Assembly (NCBI RefSeq): GCF_006345805.1 | Contig: NC_042997.1 | Location: forward strand, 43,090,001 to 43,154,000 | Direction of reading: 5' to 3' | Length of the DNA: 64,000 nucleotides | DNA from: Octopus sinensis | Taxonomy: Eukaryota | Part shown: positions 13,988 through 27,059 of the stretch, one piece after another | Numbering within the stretch: position 1 is the first letter of the stretch | Layout of the letters: every line of letters begins with the position of its first letter | Translations under genes and position numbers: made by a program | Notes under the pieces: model-generated | Databases searched by the model: none | The model's input: the letters and a program-made list of their open reading frames with translations, nothing else | Told to the model about the DNA's origin: nothing

Positions 13988-14515
13988 GGCGCAGGAGTGG
14001 CTGTGTGGTAAGTAGCTTGCTAACCAGCCACATGGTTCCGGGTTCAGTCCCACTGTGTGGCATCTTGGGCAAGTGTCTTCTACTATAGCCTCGGGCCAAC
14101 CAATGCCTTGTGAGTGGATTTGGTAGACGGAAACTGAAAGAAGCCTGTTATCATCATCATCATCGTTTAGCGTCCGTTTTCCATGCTAGCATGGGTTGGA
14201 CGGTTCTACTGGGGTCTGTGAAGCCTTCTGGCTTCATCAGGCCCAGTCAAATCTGGCAGTGTTTCTACGGCTGGATGCCCTTCCTAACGCCATGTATATA
14301 TATATATGTATGTGTGTCTGTGTTTGTCCACCTAGCATTGCTTGATAACCGATGCTGATGTGTTTATGTCTCCGTCACTTAGCGGCTCGGCAAAAGAGAC
14401 CAATAGAATAAGTACTGGGCTTACAAAGAATAAGTCCCGGGGTCGATTTTCTCGACTAAAAGGCGGTGCTCCAGCATGGCCACAGTCGAATGACTGAAAC
14501 AAGTAAAAGAGTAAA
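13988..14515 (+). mobile_element. SINE family B with an antisense RTE tail nested at 14151-14292
   Basis: Head GGCGCAGGAGTGGCTGTGTGG...GGTTCAGTCCC, internal (TA)n/(TG)n, tail GGTGCTCCAGCATGGCC...(GTAAAAGA)n. The RTE tail lies at the start of the internal TA tract. Confidence 0.85.
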
Positions 14516-14819
14516 ATGCCAAATACAAACATGGACATTGATGCATAAACTCATTCACACATACACAGAACTGGCTTCTGCACTGTTTCTGCCGACCAGA
14601 TTTGCTCATAATGTATTACTTAACATTGTAAGTAGAAGGCATTTGTCCAAGGTGCAATATAGGGTTATGGAATCGGAAGCCATTATTGGGTACAATTTTA
14701 GTGACTCCATATCAAAATTTCTAATTTCAGATATTAATATGACTATTTTCTGTACTGGAAATAATCAAATCAAATTTAAGGTCTTCTATAAAGGAGGAGC
14801 TGGTAGAAGAAAATCAATG

Positions 14820-17560
14820 CTTGCTTGGCTTGATGGATCTTCTCAAGCGTGACATAATGCTTAAAGGTCTCAGTCATTGCCCCCATGGGGCCCAACACTC
14901 GAAAGGTGCTTTTTACATGCCACCAGCAACAGCCATGACTATGATTTCACTTGGCTTGACGGGTCTTCTTCTCAAGCACAGCAAATCACCAAAGGTCTTG
15001 GTCACTAGTCATTGCCCACGTGAGGCCCAATGTTCGAAAATCATACTTCACCACCTCATCCCATGTCTTCCTGGGTCTACCTCTACCACAGGTTCCCTCT
15101 ACAGTTAGAGATCGGCACTTCTTTATACAGCTGTCCTTGTCCATACACATCACAAGACCATACCAGCGCAGTCATCTCTCTTGCACACCACATCTGATGC
15201 CCAACTTTACTCTCAAGATGCTTACACTCTGTCAAACATGTACACTGACATTGCATGTCCAGCAAAGCATACTAGCTTCATTTCTTTCAAGTCTATGCAT
15301 GTCCTTGGCTGTCACAGCCCATGTTTCACAGTTGTTTGCACACAGGCATCATACAATCTGCCTTTCACTCTGAGGGAAAGGTCCTTTGTTGCCTGCAGAG
15401 GTAGGAGCTCTGAACTTTGCCCAACCTATTCTTATTTTAACAGCTATGTTCTCAGAGCATCCACCTCCACCACTAACTTGGTCACCTAGATAATGGAAGC
15501 TATCTACAACCTCTAGCTTACCCACCTGGCAATTGATGGAGTCTATTTTCTGTACATTGTCAGTGTTTATTGTACCTGTGCATCTTCTACATACAAAAGC
15601 TATTTTCCCTGTCAACCTTCCTCTAATATTGCTGCATTTTTTATGTGTCCAAAGCTTACACCAGGTGCATCTTATGGAGTTTCTACTTACACCTTTTCTA
15701 TAGGTCGAGTAGGGCCATCTACCCGAAGGGATCTGTGATTTGTCTGCCTGCCTGCCTACTTACTATGACTTTGATTTTTGCTAGGTTATCTCTAAAGCCC
15801 TTTGATTCTAATCCTTGCTTCCATACCTGGAACTTCTATAGTTCTGGTAGTGATTCAGCTATAAGAGCAAGGTCATCAGCATAGAGGAGCTCCCAGGAGT
15901 AGCCTGTTTTAAATTCCTGTTATTTTCTGGAGGACTATGATGAACAAGAAGGGGCTGAGTACTGATCCTTAGTGAATCCTTATTTGTACATTGAATTCTT
16001 CGCTGTACTCATTGCCAACCCTCACCTTACTGGTAACATCCCTGTACAAGGCTTGTACAGCTCTCATCAACCACTTGTCTATCCCTAGTTCCTACATTGA
16101 CCACCAGATAAGGGATGTGAGAACTCTGTCAAAAGCTTTCTCCAAGTCAACAAAAGCCAGGTACAGAGGTTTATCTTTGGTTAGGTATTTCTCCTATAGT
16201 TTCCTTACCAGAAATATAACATCAGTGGTGCTTCTCCCTGGCACAAAACCAAACTGCATTTCATCTGGACTAGTTCTCTCCCTAATTAGTTGGGCTATGA
16301 CTCTCTCTGTAACTTTCATCACCTGATGCAACAATTTGATACCTCTGTAATTATTTCTATCTAAGACATCACCTTTACCTTTGTAGCAGTTGACTATGGT
16401 GCTGCTATATCAGTCATTGGGTATGATTCCTTTGTGAACCATCTGATTAACAATACAGGTGACTAGGCCATATCCTACTCTACCAGATATTTTAAGCATT
16501 TCAGCAGTGATTCCTGAAGGGCCAGGGACTTTCCCTCTCTTCATATCCTTAATTGCTTTATCTACCAAAATACTGTTGATTCAGGTAGCTGGTCCCTCAA
16601 TTGGGTCAACATTTGGCAGACTCTACTCTTCCCATTCATTCTTCACATTCTGTAGTCTTTCATAATGGCATTTCCAAGCCTCTTTCTTTGCAGAATCATT
16701 AAGTGCAAGTGCTCCATCATCCATGTGAACACATTTCTCTCCTATGACATCACAAATTTCTCTCACACACTGTCTTGCAATCCAAATCACATATGCAAAC
16801 ATCTTTTCTACTTCTTCCTTGGCTAAATATACTGGTCTTCTAGCTTTCCTTCTGGCTATCTGATACAGTTCCCTGCTACCTCCACTCTTCCAGGCTTGTT
16901 TCTTTGCTCTAATGGCCCTGTCTACAGCATCATTCCACCACCATGTTACCCATGGTCTGGATGGGACTTTGCACCAGCTGCAGATTTGGTCTGTGGCACT
17001 CAGCAAGCTGTCCTGCAGGAATTCCCAGCTGCCCTCTAAGTCTATAGCTCCTCTGTCTCATCAAATTCCTCAATTAGGATGTACCTAAATCTCTGACCTT
17101 AAGCTTCCAAATCCTTCTTTTCCAGATTGATTTGCTTCTTGACATCTTTCTGACCTCAAGTCTAAAGTCACTAATAACTAGTCTATGCTGGTGGGTACAT
17201 TCCTCACCAGGGAGGGTCTTTGTATTTAAGAGCAACCATGCATCCTGCTATCTGGTGAGAATGTGATCGATCTGGTTAGCAGTCACCTGCTTTGCAGGTT
17301 GTCAGGCGGCGGGCTGGCTTCCTGAAGTTGGTGTTGCAGATTAATAGGTTATCTGCATCACAGAACTCCAGTAGCCTTGCTCTCTCTTCGTTTTGGGAAC
17401 CAATTCCATGGCCCCCATGTACACCATGGAAGATACCAGGCTGCCATCTGACATGTCCATTGAAATCCCCAGCCATGAAAATGAAATCATTGTCACTTGT
17501 CTTTGAGGTAGCCTGTATAAGAATATCATAAAAATGGTCCTTCCGTTCATTTGGTAGGCT
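14820..17560 (-). mobile_element. Degraded RTE LINE
   Basis: Fragmented EN (GDFNGHV, LLEFCDADNLLICNTNFRKP), WWWNDAVDRAI linker, RT relics, PHD relic (IAFVCRRC), LEVVDSFHYLG and 3' UTR; many stops. Confidence 0.85.
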
Positions 17561-17629
17561 CCGCTCTTTGATGAATTTTTTAGGAATAAACTATTCAATA
17601 TTTTACAAAGTAATTTTTATTTTATTTAA

Positions 17630-17849
17630 GCCTTTAGAATTCAGATTACTCTGTCAAATGTAAAGCTTCTATATTCGAATTGTTTTGAATTAGTCAAGCA
17701 TTATTTCATAGCTCTGAGATTTCAATGATGTGATTGTTTATTCTTAGAATGACATTGTAGAGTAAGTGCGAGAGGCCAGATGTGGTCAATTTGAATACAA
17801 AACAAGTAAGATATTTGGGTTGGATATGGCTAGTTGAAATGCTAAAGGG
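17630..17849. mobile_element. TTAA-flanked (piggyBac-like) MITE
   Basis: TTAA|GCCTTTAGAATT ... AATGCTAAAGGG|TTAA; opposite orientation to the 8148 copy. Confidence 0.72.
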
Positions 17850-19403
17850 TTAATGTAATCTTACATGTTACATTCATATAAATTTTATATTCAGACAATG
17901 CTTTAATCTCAAAAAGGAAGGACAATATATTTTGTTGAATTTATTTCTTTTAAAATAGTCATCAGTTAAGTTGCTTAACCCTTTTGTTACCATATTACTC
18001 AATACACTGCAGTTGTTTAAATTAATTTTGAAAATTTTGAAGAATTTATAAAATAACTGTCATTATTAAGCTGGCATTTGGAAGATAAATCAAATACAAA
18101 ATTTTTATGGAAGTTTTATTTTAGATCATTTTAAAACAGAAAATTGTGTTGTAGAACAAGAGGACAGTGTTTTTTACGTGGCACCAGTACAGGTGAGATC
18201 AGTTTTGGTATGGCTTTTACAGCTGGATGCCTTTCCAAATGCCAACTACTTTACAGTATTGGGTGTCTTTCAGATTCTGTCTACAAAGTCCATGCACAAG
18301 GTTTTGGTCCGTCTGATGCATTGTGGGAGACACTCAATGAACCTAATGGAGACGCTAATATATTGGCTCAAATGCTATTTATCATACTTGTAATTGTGTA
18401 TTTTATTCTTTAAAAATATTAGATATACAAATGCAAATGGGAAGAGCTATGGCTTCCCAACCATATGGTTTTAAATTCAGTCTCACTGTATGGCACCTTT
18501 GACAAGTGTCTTCTATAACAGCCCTGGGTTGACCAAAACCTTGTTGGTGGACTTAAAATGGAAACTGAAAGAAGCCAATCGCAAGTGCGCGCGGGCGTGT
18601 ATATATCATATATGTGTGTATTTACGTCAGAGAATTTTGTCACGGATGGATGGGCATTGTGGTGTAATTACAAAAAAAAAAAACAACCAAAATCAATAAT
18701 AATAAAATGTGGATTGTATAAAACATTTGGTTTGTCTGAAATAGTGAAACGTAAACAAAAAAAAAATTGATTACTTTTTCTCATTTTTCCGAAATTTCTG
18801 CTGACTTTTATACATCGCTATACCATAACTAATGTTCTTTTTTTCCAAATGTTTGTAATGTTTTTTTTTATAACAAAGTCATAAAAACTTGAAATTTGGA
18901 CGAAGTGGCTAATCGATTACATCGATCTGAATGTTTGAGAGGGACTTTAATTATTGACCTCTAGGCGGAATTTGAACTCAGAATGCAAAGTAGGCAAAAA
19001 TGCCGCCAATCATTTCGGAACTGACTCCCTGAATGTTTGTAATGAAATACGTATAAGTTAAATGTTTTCTTTTCTCTCCTAATAATACTTTTAATGCTTT
19101 TAAAAGTGAAAGCAGTTCTGACACTAAATCATTTTATCAAAAAATTACTGATGTTTCTAATTTAAGACTTCTAAGCTGCTTTTTTCTCTTCTCATAATAC
19201 TTTTAAACTAAAATATTTTTGCTCGTTTGACTTCAAGAGGTAAGCAGTATTTTGCTTTCGTTTCAGTATTTCAAATAAACCATATTTATGATATGATTCT
19301 CCACGTTTACCTAGACTATTTCCTAACAAACTGAAAACGTATCTCGTTTTTGGATTTGGTTTGCAAGATTCTTTATAGGAGTTCGTGTGTTGAAGCATAT
19401 TCT

Positions 19404-19561
19404 GTTGTGTCTGGGGAGAGTCATTTTCTTTTTGTGCCTTATAATGCAAAGGTTGCAAGACGCAACGAAAATTTTAGGAAAATAAAAATAAGTGGAAATT
19501 TTACCGGTGAGTGTGTTACATTATAAGGCACAAAAAGAAAATGACTCTCCCCAGACACAAC
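19404..19561. repeat. Perfect 43-bp inverted repeat with 72-bp spacer
   Basis: gttgtgtctggggagagtcattttctttttgtgccttataatg (19404-19446) and its exact reverse complement (19519-19561). Confidence 0.92.
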
Positions 19562-19630
19562 TGAAAACGTATCAGAAACAAGAAAAAATTAAAAACCAGA
19601 GTACACAGTATGTGGTGTTAGTTTAACGCT

Positions 19631-19775
19631 GACGTTTAGGACTGTTGTATATTAAGGACAAGTCTGGAAGAAAAAAAAAAAGACTTCTCTTTCGAGGAGG
19701 GAACTTTCCTTCCTTACTTTGGTTTTTGTTCTCTGCTTTTCCTAAATGAAGGACAACTGTCCGAAACGTTGAAAA
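19631..19775 (+). mobile_element. Penelope-like pseudo-LTR relic
   Basis: TTTTC-CTAAATGA-A-GGAC-AACT-GTCC-GAAACGTT-GAAAA resembles a minimal hammerhead motif with a damaged core. A partial inverted copy lies at 19631-19647. Confidence 0.45.
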
Positions 19776-21298
19776 CTTCTTCCTTGTGGTTCTAAGCTAA
19801 CCCACTGTACTATATAGCCTTGCCTTTCCGTTGTTTTGTTTTGTTTTAATACTCTTATACTTGATTTTTTTTCCAGTATGTTAACAGACTTGTAGATCCT
19901 TATATTACTCTTAATTCAGATTATATTGGATCTATGATTATCTGTTTCAAACCAAGCACAATCCTCATCTAAAGACGTTAAATAAATTACTATTTTCTTC
20001 TCATACATCATTTGAATACGTATAAATACTGACTTTTGCAAGAGATAAACACCCAATTTTCAGGCTTTAGGAAAAGCTATTTGATATGATCGAATCCAGT
20101 AATACTACAAGTGATGTAGCATAAAGCATCTCAACGTATTTTTATTGCGCAATAGTGTTCTATGTTTTGGAAGAGAGAACCAAAAATACTTCACTTTTAA
20201 TATTTTCCAATGCTTTTGAAGCAAAGAAAGCAGCGACTCCTTCAGAGAGTCGATAAAATAATTATTAGTGAGTACTCGTTTGCCACAATTCCTTCTCCAA
20301 AAATTTGTGGCTTTGGAATTATTTTTTGTGCTTAATACTACTACTATTATTTATTATTATCGATTTATAAGTAAAAAGAATGAAACAGTATTTTATTCTA
20401 TTTTAAGGTAAATATTCCTGTGCTGACTCTCAATAGAGAAAGCGAAAATTTTCGGTTATGCTAGCAGATTGCTATGTTGTAAAAATTATTTTGGAGGATT
20501 CTATATTTTTATAAAGAGACCCCCGCCTTCAATATCGAGTCTTACCTTTCAGCAGTCGATTGAAATCGATTGATCTAACCTTTTATTTATTTATATTTTT
20601 TTTAGAAATTCAAATGACGCTGTGTGATTAGGCCTTACAAAGCTCCCCTCCCCTCCCCGCCAGGTATTAAATCACTTCAACTGCGATACACACCACTAAT
20701 GATATGTGAGCTACGAAAAAAAAAATAATAATAAGTAAATAAGGTTAAGGGAAAAATTAAGGAAGATGGTTTTAAACGAAGGTTTGGTCGGAAAGGCGAA
20801 GCGGACCCGGCGTTAGGACCAAAGTATGCGCTAGCACGTCGCACTGCCATAAAGAGTGAGATGTGAGAGGAAAGATCTGTCTTCGTAACACTAACATTGG
20901 TCTGTCTACATCATGTCATATTTTACAAAACGTTTTATTTCATTCCACATTTTTTTTTTTACCATTATCCATTACATTAAAAAAAAAATCCCAAATTACA
21001 TGACAAGGAAAAATAAAGAACTCATCCTCCTATTTAATATTGGTTTTTGACGCAAGGTTCTTGCTCATGCAGAAATATATAAACAAAACAGCTGGCTCTT
21101 AATATCATGGCTCCGTTTTCAGCTGGGTTTCTATTTTAAAAAATTAGTCTCGGCATAATTTTTAAAAAGCTCAAAAGACACAACCAGCTTAATGAAGAAA
21201 AAACAGTTTAAACACGTTTATTAATTAATTTCAGCGTCTGATTTACATAAATCATATCTTCGATTTAATTATATAAGCACTGTATACAATAATTTCAT

Positions 21299-21352
<54 letters not shown>

Positions 21353-21496
21353 CACAAAGCTTCAGTTTTATAAAACAGAAATTAAACTCCGAGAATTTCA
21401 TTTCCCTTCTAGTTATGTGAGATTTCATGCACATATCATAAATCATTAACTCGATTTAAATAACACTATATATATATATATATGTGTGTGTATATA

Positions 21497-21541
<45 letters not shown>

Positions 21542-21546
21542 ATATA

Positions 21547-21593
<47 letters not shown>

Positions 21594-21660
21594 AAGCACG
21601 TATGTATCTGACAAGTGACAAACAGAGCTGATAACGGTATTCTTCTTGCATGCAGTCTTA

Positions 21661-21703
<43 letters not shown>

Positions 21704-22948
21704 TAGGTCCTGATTACTTACGTGTTTCACTGCTGCTTTTATCGCTTCAATACCAGTGACTGTTTGGAGAAATTAACTCATTGCATGGTAGAGAGAAATA
21801 TAGAGCAGCAAAAAGGATGTCACAAACAATTAAAGCAACACGCGCATCTGCCATTCACGTGCCAATTACGTCGATTCTCGTTGAGCATGCGCGTTCCATC
21901 ATCGCACGTGTTAAAAGGCGCGTAAAAAGCACCGTGTATCCTTTACACTGAATTCTATTTCATTCTATAATCTTTTTATTTGCCGTTTTAACTGCTTTGG
22001 AAGCGAAAGTATCAAAGTTAATGGATAAGCAATAATGAGTAAATAGATTAAAAGAATCTCTATTGACGTAAAATAATCAGAATAAAATGTCCATATTCTT
22101 ATATATATATTTGTTCATTTAAAACCAAGTTGCTTTAATGTAAGCCGATCTAATTAATACTATCATTACGCAAAGATAATAAAAGAAATTGCTTTGTTTA
22201 TTAGCCATACAGAATGACAAAACAACTGATGGTGTTTACGTAAATATATAAGCTATAACGGGAAGGAATGACGTTCATACATTTATCGAAGGACGTCAAC
22301 AGCATAAATTAGCTTAATGTGTAGAATGGCGTCATAGTCGCAACTTTTCAAAAAGCTTACCACTTGCTTTCTAATATAAATATATAAACGTTTATATACC
22401 GAGAAATGCACTTCAAAATGCTGCAGGGAAAAAATATATATAAGCCTTAAATTTTGAGAGTTATCTCCCATGTTCTTCAAGAAACTTAAAAATTTTAGGA
22501 GCAGAAGATAAAAGGATGGAAATAATTTTTTAAAAGGCCACAACGAATTTCTTACCTTTCTTGATACTTGTTTTCAGTTAAATGGGCTGTGGTCATGCCA
22601 CGGCACAGTTTTGAAGAGTTTTCGTCGAACAAATTGACCACGGTACTTATTTTAAAGTCAGGTACTTATTCTATCGTTTCTGTTTGTCGAACCGCTAATC
22701 AGGGGATGTAAACAAACCAGCACCGGTTATCAAGTGGTGGTGAAGGCATACCCAAATATAAAGACACACACGCATACGACGGGCTTCAACACAGTTTTCC
22801 ACGGGAAAATTCGCTCACAAGACATTGGTCGGCCCGAGGCTATAGCAGAAGATACCTGGCTAAGGTGCCGCACAGTAAGACTGAACCGAAATCTGTGAGG
22901 CGGCAAAGCAAGCTTATTAGGCTCACAGACAAATGCTTCATTAATTTA

Positions 22949-23733
22949 CTAGCAGTATCGCCCGGCGTTGCTCGGGTTTGTAGGGGAAATAACTATATAA
23001 GCATTTTTAGAGAGTTATAGTCAAAAAATTGCAAAAAAATGCATTTAAAATGGAAAAAAAATTATGGTAAATTTTTTTTTAAATCGTTGACTCATCGTAG
23101 ACATTTTTAGAGAGTTACTTCCCTTATATAATAGTGAAAAAAATGCATTAAAATGAAAAAAAATGATGGTAAATTATTTCAAAAATCGTAGATGCGCGCT
23201 AATACCCAGAAGGGCTCGATATGAATCACGACTATAAGATACCCGGTTTTGGTTAAACTGCACCGCAAAATGTGGGAGTAGTTAGGAATCTAAATCGTAG
23301 GAGACAGACACACAACTTGACTTTTATATATAAAGACTAGCAGTATCGCCCGGCGTTGCTCGGGTTCGTAAGGGAAATAACAATATAAGCATTTTTAGTG
23401 AGTTATAGCAAAAAAATAGCAAAAAATGCATTAAAAATGGAAAAAAAATGATGGTAATTTTTTTTTTAATCGTTGACTCATCGTAGACATTTTTAGAGAG
23501 TTACTTCCCTTATATAATAGTGAAAAATGCATTAAAATGGAATAAAAAATGATGGTAAATTTTTTTTAAAATCGTAGACTCATCGTAGACGCGCGCTAAT
23601 ACCCAGAAGGGCTTGATATGAATCACGACTATAAGATATCCGGTTTTGGTTAAACTGCACCGCAAAATGAGGGAGTAGTTAGGAATCTAAATCGTAGGAG
23701 ACAGACACATAACTTCACTTTTATATATAAAGA
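22949..23733 (-). mobile_element. Head-to-tail dimer of a non-autonomous Helitron
   Basis: On the minus strand each unit starts TCTTTATATATAAAAG and ends in a CCCGAGCAACGCCGGG hairpin then CTAG. Units are 22949-23336 and 23337-23733 with no spacer, inserted in an A|T target without TSD. Confidence 0.88.
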
Positions 23734-24004
23734 TTTGTGCAACAACTAAAACATTCGGTTGTGCAAATTGTTTGTAATTGCCGTTTTTGTGGATCTGTTT
23801 CAGCTTTTTTTAGCGATTTCTCTTTTGGTGTCTTCAAGCCATGAAGTCGTTGTTCTAAAAGAACGCTGGTCTCCTTGACAACGCATTACGACGTTGATTT
23901 CCTTAAACTCCCTTCCCCACAGCTTCATGAGGGAGGGAAGAAGGGGGAGAAGCAAACACAGGTGCAGGTGTGAGCATGGACGCCAACTCTGCCGCCATCG
24001 ACAT

Positions 24005-24225
24005 ACGAAAAATTATGCATTAAAATGGAATAAAAAATGATGTTAAATTATTTTTAAAATCGTAGACTCATCGTAGACGCGCGCTAATAGGCAGACGGGC
24101 TCGATATGAATCACGACTATAAGATACCCGAATTTGGTTAAACTGCACCGCAAAATGTGGGAGTAGTTAGGAATCTAAATCGAAAGGGACAGACACTCAC
24201 ACAACTACAGTTTTATATATATAGA
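24005..24225 (-). mobile_element. Third, partial Helitron copy (5' part only)
   Basis: Shares the 5' TC end (TCTATATATATAAAAC) and about 220 bp of body with the dimer; lacks the hairpin/CTAG end. Confidence 0.75.
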
Positions 24226-24489
24226 TATGAGAAATCTTTGATGATCACATTGCAGAATATTCTAAAATAAACAGGCTTTGTTTAGATCGAAAACTTAAAC
24301 GATGGTGAGAAGTAATGTTTATGCCCGCACCTCCATCAATCTGGTTGTCAGACTTTATTACCGTTTTTAACCCCAGGACACGGTAGTAACGTTGAACAGC
24401 CGTATTGACGTGGCGATAAACATTACTTCTCAGTATAGTCATTATTTCATCTCTTATAGAGATTGTCTATCTAGCTATTTTGCTTAAAC

Positions 24490-24813
24490 CAGGAGTTTCT
24501 CAACCATTTTTTTTATCTATAGACCCCCTTTGATTGCTATTTTATTCTGGTGAACCCCCGTAGCCATTCGATGTCTTTTATAAATGTTTTCAGACTCAGA
24601 CATTAATTTGTGTCGGTTGAACAATGGAAAATGTTAGAGAAAGAAATCTAGCTGTTTCTTGCAAAACATACCAATACATATGTCTAAAGCAAACATTTTT
24701 CAGGAGCCCTTAAAATTCTATTGTGGGTCACCAATTTACTATTTTGTTGTGTGGACCCCAAAAATCTGATGTGGATCTTCAGGGGCTATTTGGATCCCAG
24801 TTGAGAATCACTG
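24490..24813. mobile_element. hAT MITE
   Basis: TIR CAGGAGTTTCTCAAC / GTTGAGAATCACTG; perfect 8-bp TSD gcttaaac (24482-24489, 24814-24821). Confidence 0.85.
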
Positions 24814-25584
24814 GCTTAAACGATATTTGTTTTAAAATGACATACATTTAATAATTATGAAATATTATTTCAATATTTCTTTACGATAGTAGCACAACTC
24901 TACAAGTGGACCAATTGGAGTCCCTGGACCAGTAGATTTTGGGGGCCGCTACGATTTTGCTAATTCAAAACATAAGACAATAAAAAGGCTCCAAACAGTT
25001 TGAAGAGGGACTCTTTAATGGCTTTTTAAACCTAGAAGGGTCCAATAATTTTTTTTTAAAGTGCTCAATAATTTTGAAAGAATTCTTGGATTATAAATAT
25101 TTAAACAAATTACTTGATTGCTGTAAATATATTTAAAAACTTTTATCTTCAAGCTTTTGGTTTCTCTGAATTAAAGTCCGTCTTCTTCCCCCGCAAGCTT
25201 GTAGGGCCTTGGGCCATGACCCATATCGGCCCACACATAAATCTTGCCCGGTGTATTGTCGATTGAATCCACTGCTGATTGACACATATTTTAATGATTC
25301 GAAAGGACTGGGAAGTAAAATCAGTCTGATGAGATAGAAACAAACCAAGTATGGGGGTGGGGGGGGAGAAGATCAAACTAGTTCCCTGTTTCCTATCTCC
25401 GTTTAATTCTTAATCATTTTAAACTTCGAAGATCTCAACCTTGCCTTCTTTGGTAAGAACTGTCGCCAATGCCAATGCCAATGACTTCTTATAACGAGTT
25501 TAATTTCGAAGTTGTTTAAAAATTCTTTCTTGCTCAGTAGATTACGCTAATTGAGATTTGTAACTTGGACAACAGAATGAAATG

Positions 25585-26046
25585 AATGTTGGCTAAATGA
25601 CCGAAAGAGTTCGATACAAGCGAATACAAGCGGCCAAAATGGAGTTTCTCTCAAGGATCTCAGGAGTTACGTTACTCAATAAGGGCACGTCCCTCGGAAA
25701 TGGTGAAGTCTCTCCAGGTCGAGTTGCTACTTCTCCACAATGAGCGGCCATAAATCCGGTACTTCGGACATGTGATTAGAAGGCTGCTGGAAAGAATTGC
25801 AAGCAGCTTATTCAAGCCGTGCCAACCAGAAGAAGAAGATCCTAAGGTTAGGCCAAGAATGAGATGGTTACATAATATCTATATTCCCAGATGGTCACAC
25901 TTGAAATTCCAGTGGGGAAATGCAGTGGTGGTTGCTTCTGTAAGGACGCCGTGGAGGAGGTGCCTGAGGACTCAACTCCAACGTCCCACCCAGGAACAGT
26001 GGGCACTGAAAATGGGTGGGTGGATACATATTGTTAACTTGCATTA
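25585..26046 (+). mobile_element. Old RTE-like LINE 3' fragment (different family)
   Basis: Relic translation RIQAAKMEFLSRISGVT...RYFGHVIRR...RPRMRW, typical of an RTE thumb/C-terminus. Confidence 0.55.
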
Positions 26047-26221
26047 AAGTCTAAGTTCTTCACACAGAAAGTATCTTGGAAAATTTTCTCACAAAGACTT
26101 GATTTTCTCCTGTTGTTCTAAGTTCATGGCTAAAAAAGGAAGGGGGTGGGGGGCGTTTTGCAGCGTTTAATGAGCATTACTAACTAATTGCAATTTGACT
26201 TTGAGAGACACTTCGGTGCTA

Positions 26222-26406
26222 CTTTAGCGTGCTGTCTACCGCAGTATCAGTAGTCTACGCTGTGAAATGACCTGATCTGGGTTAGGGTTAGGAGTTAGGG
26301 TGAAATTAAGGTTTATGATTAGGGTTAGGGTTAGGATCAGGAATTATGGATTAGAGTTAGACTGCACGCTTAAGTGTAAACAGTCAGGTAGACAGACGCG
26401 CTAAAG
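26222..26406. mobile_element. TA-flanked MITE with internal telomere-like (TTAGGG)n core
   Basis: TA|CTTTAGCGTGCTGTCTACC ... GGTAGACAGACGCGCTAAAG|TA; degenerate GGGTTA repeats at about 26279-26360. Confidence 0.6.
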
Positions 26407-26437
26407 TATATAAGTACTCGGATTGATTTGTTCGACT

Positions 26438-26809
26438 GGGGAAGCACTCCATCGGTTACGACGATGAGGGTTCCGGTTGATCCGAATCAACGGAACAGCC
26501 TGCTCGTGAAATTAACGTGTAAGTGGCTGAGCACTCAACAGACACGTGTACCCTTAACGTAGTTCTCGGGCATATTCAGCGTGACACAGAGAATGACAAG
26601 GCTGGCCCTTTGAAATACAGGTACAACAGAAACAGGAAGTAAGAGTGAGAGAAAGTTGTGGTGAAAGAGTACAGCAGGGATCACCACCATCCCCTGCCGG
26701 AGCCTCGTGGAGCTTTAGGTGTTTTCGCTCAATAAACACTCACAACGCCCGGTCTGGGAATCGAAACCGCGAGTCCGCTGCCCTAACCACTGGGCCATTG
26801 CGCCTCCAC
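26438..26809 (-). mobile_element. SINE family A
   Basis: 13-bp TSD gatttgttcgact (26425-26437, 26810-26822). The target resembles a family-B tail remnant. Confidence 0.9.
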
Positions 26810-27059
26810 GATTTGTTCGACTAAAACCTTTTGTAACGAACTTAGTGTTGTGAATATCTTCTCTTGTACTTTCGGGGTACAAGAAAGCAATCACTAACCG
26901 TTGCTTTAATAATCCAGAATTCTACCAGTCAGAAACAACAAGACGTAGACGTAAAAGATATACATACTACTTTATTCTCTTTCTTGGTAACAGTAACAAT
27001 AAGTGGTTATCTGATGTCCTTGGTTCTGGGCGCGCAAGGCTGAAAGTTAATCGATTGTA

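Noticed and set aside
22283-22543. 86-aa hydrophobic minus-strand ORF next to a strong donor at 22555
   Set aside because: The ORF lies on the intron side of that donor and has AT-rich non-coding composition.
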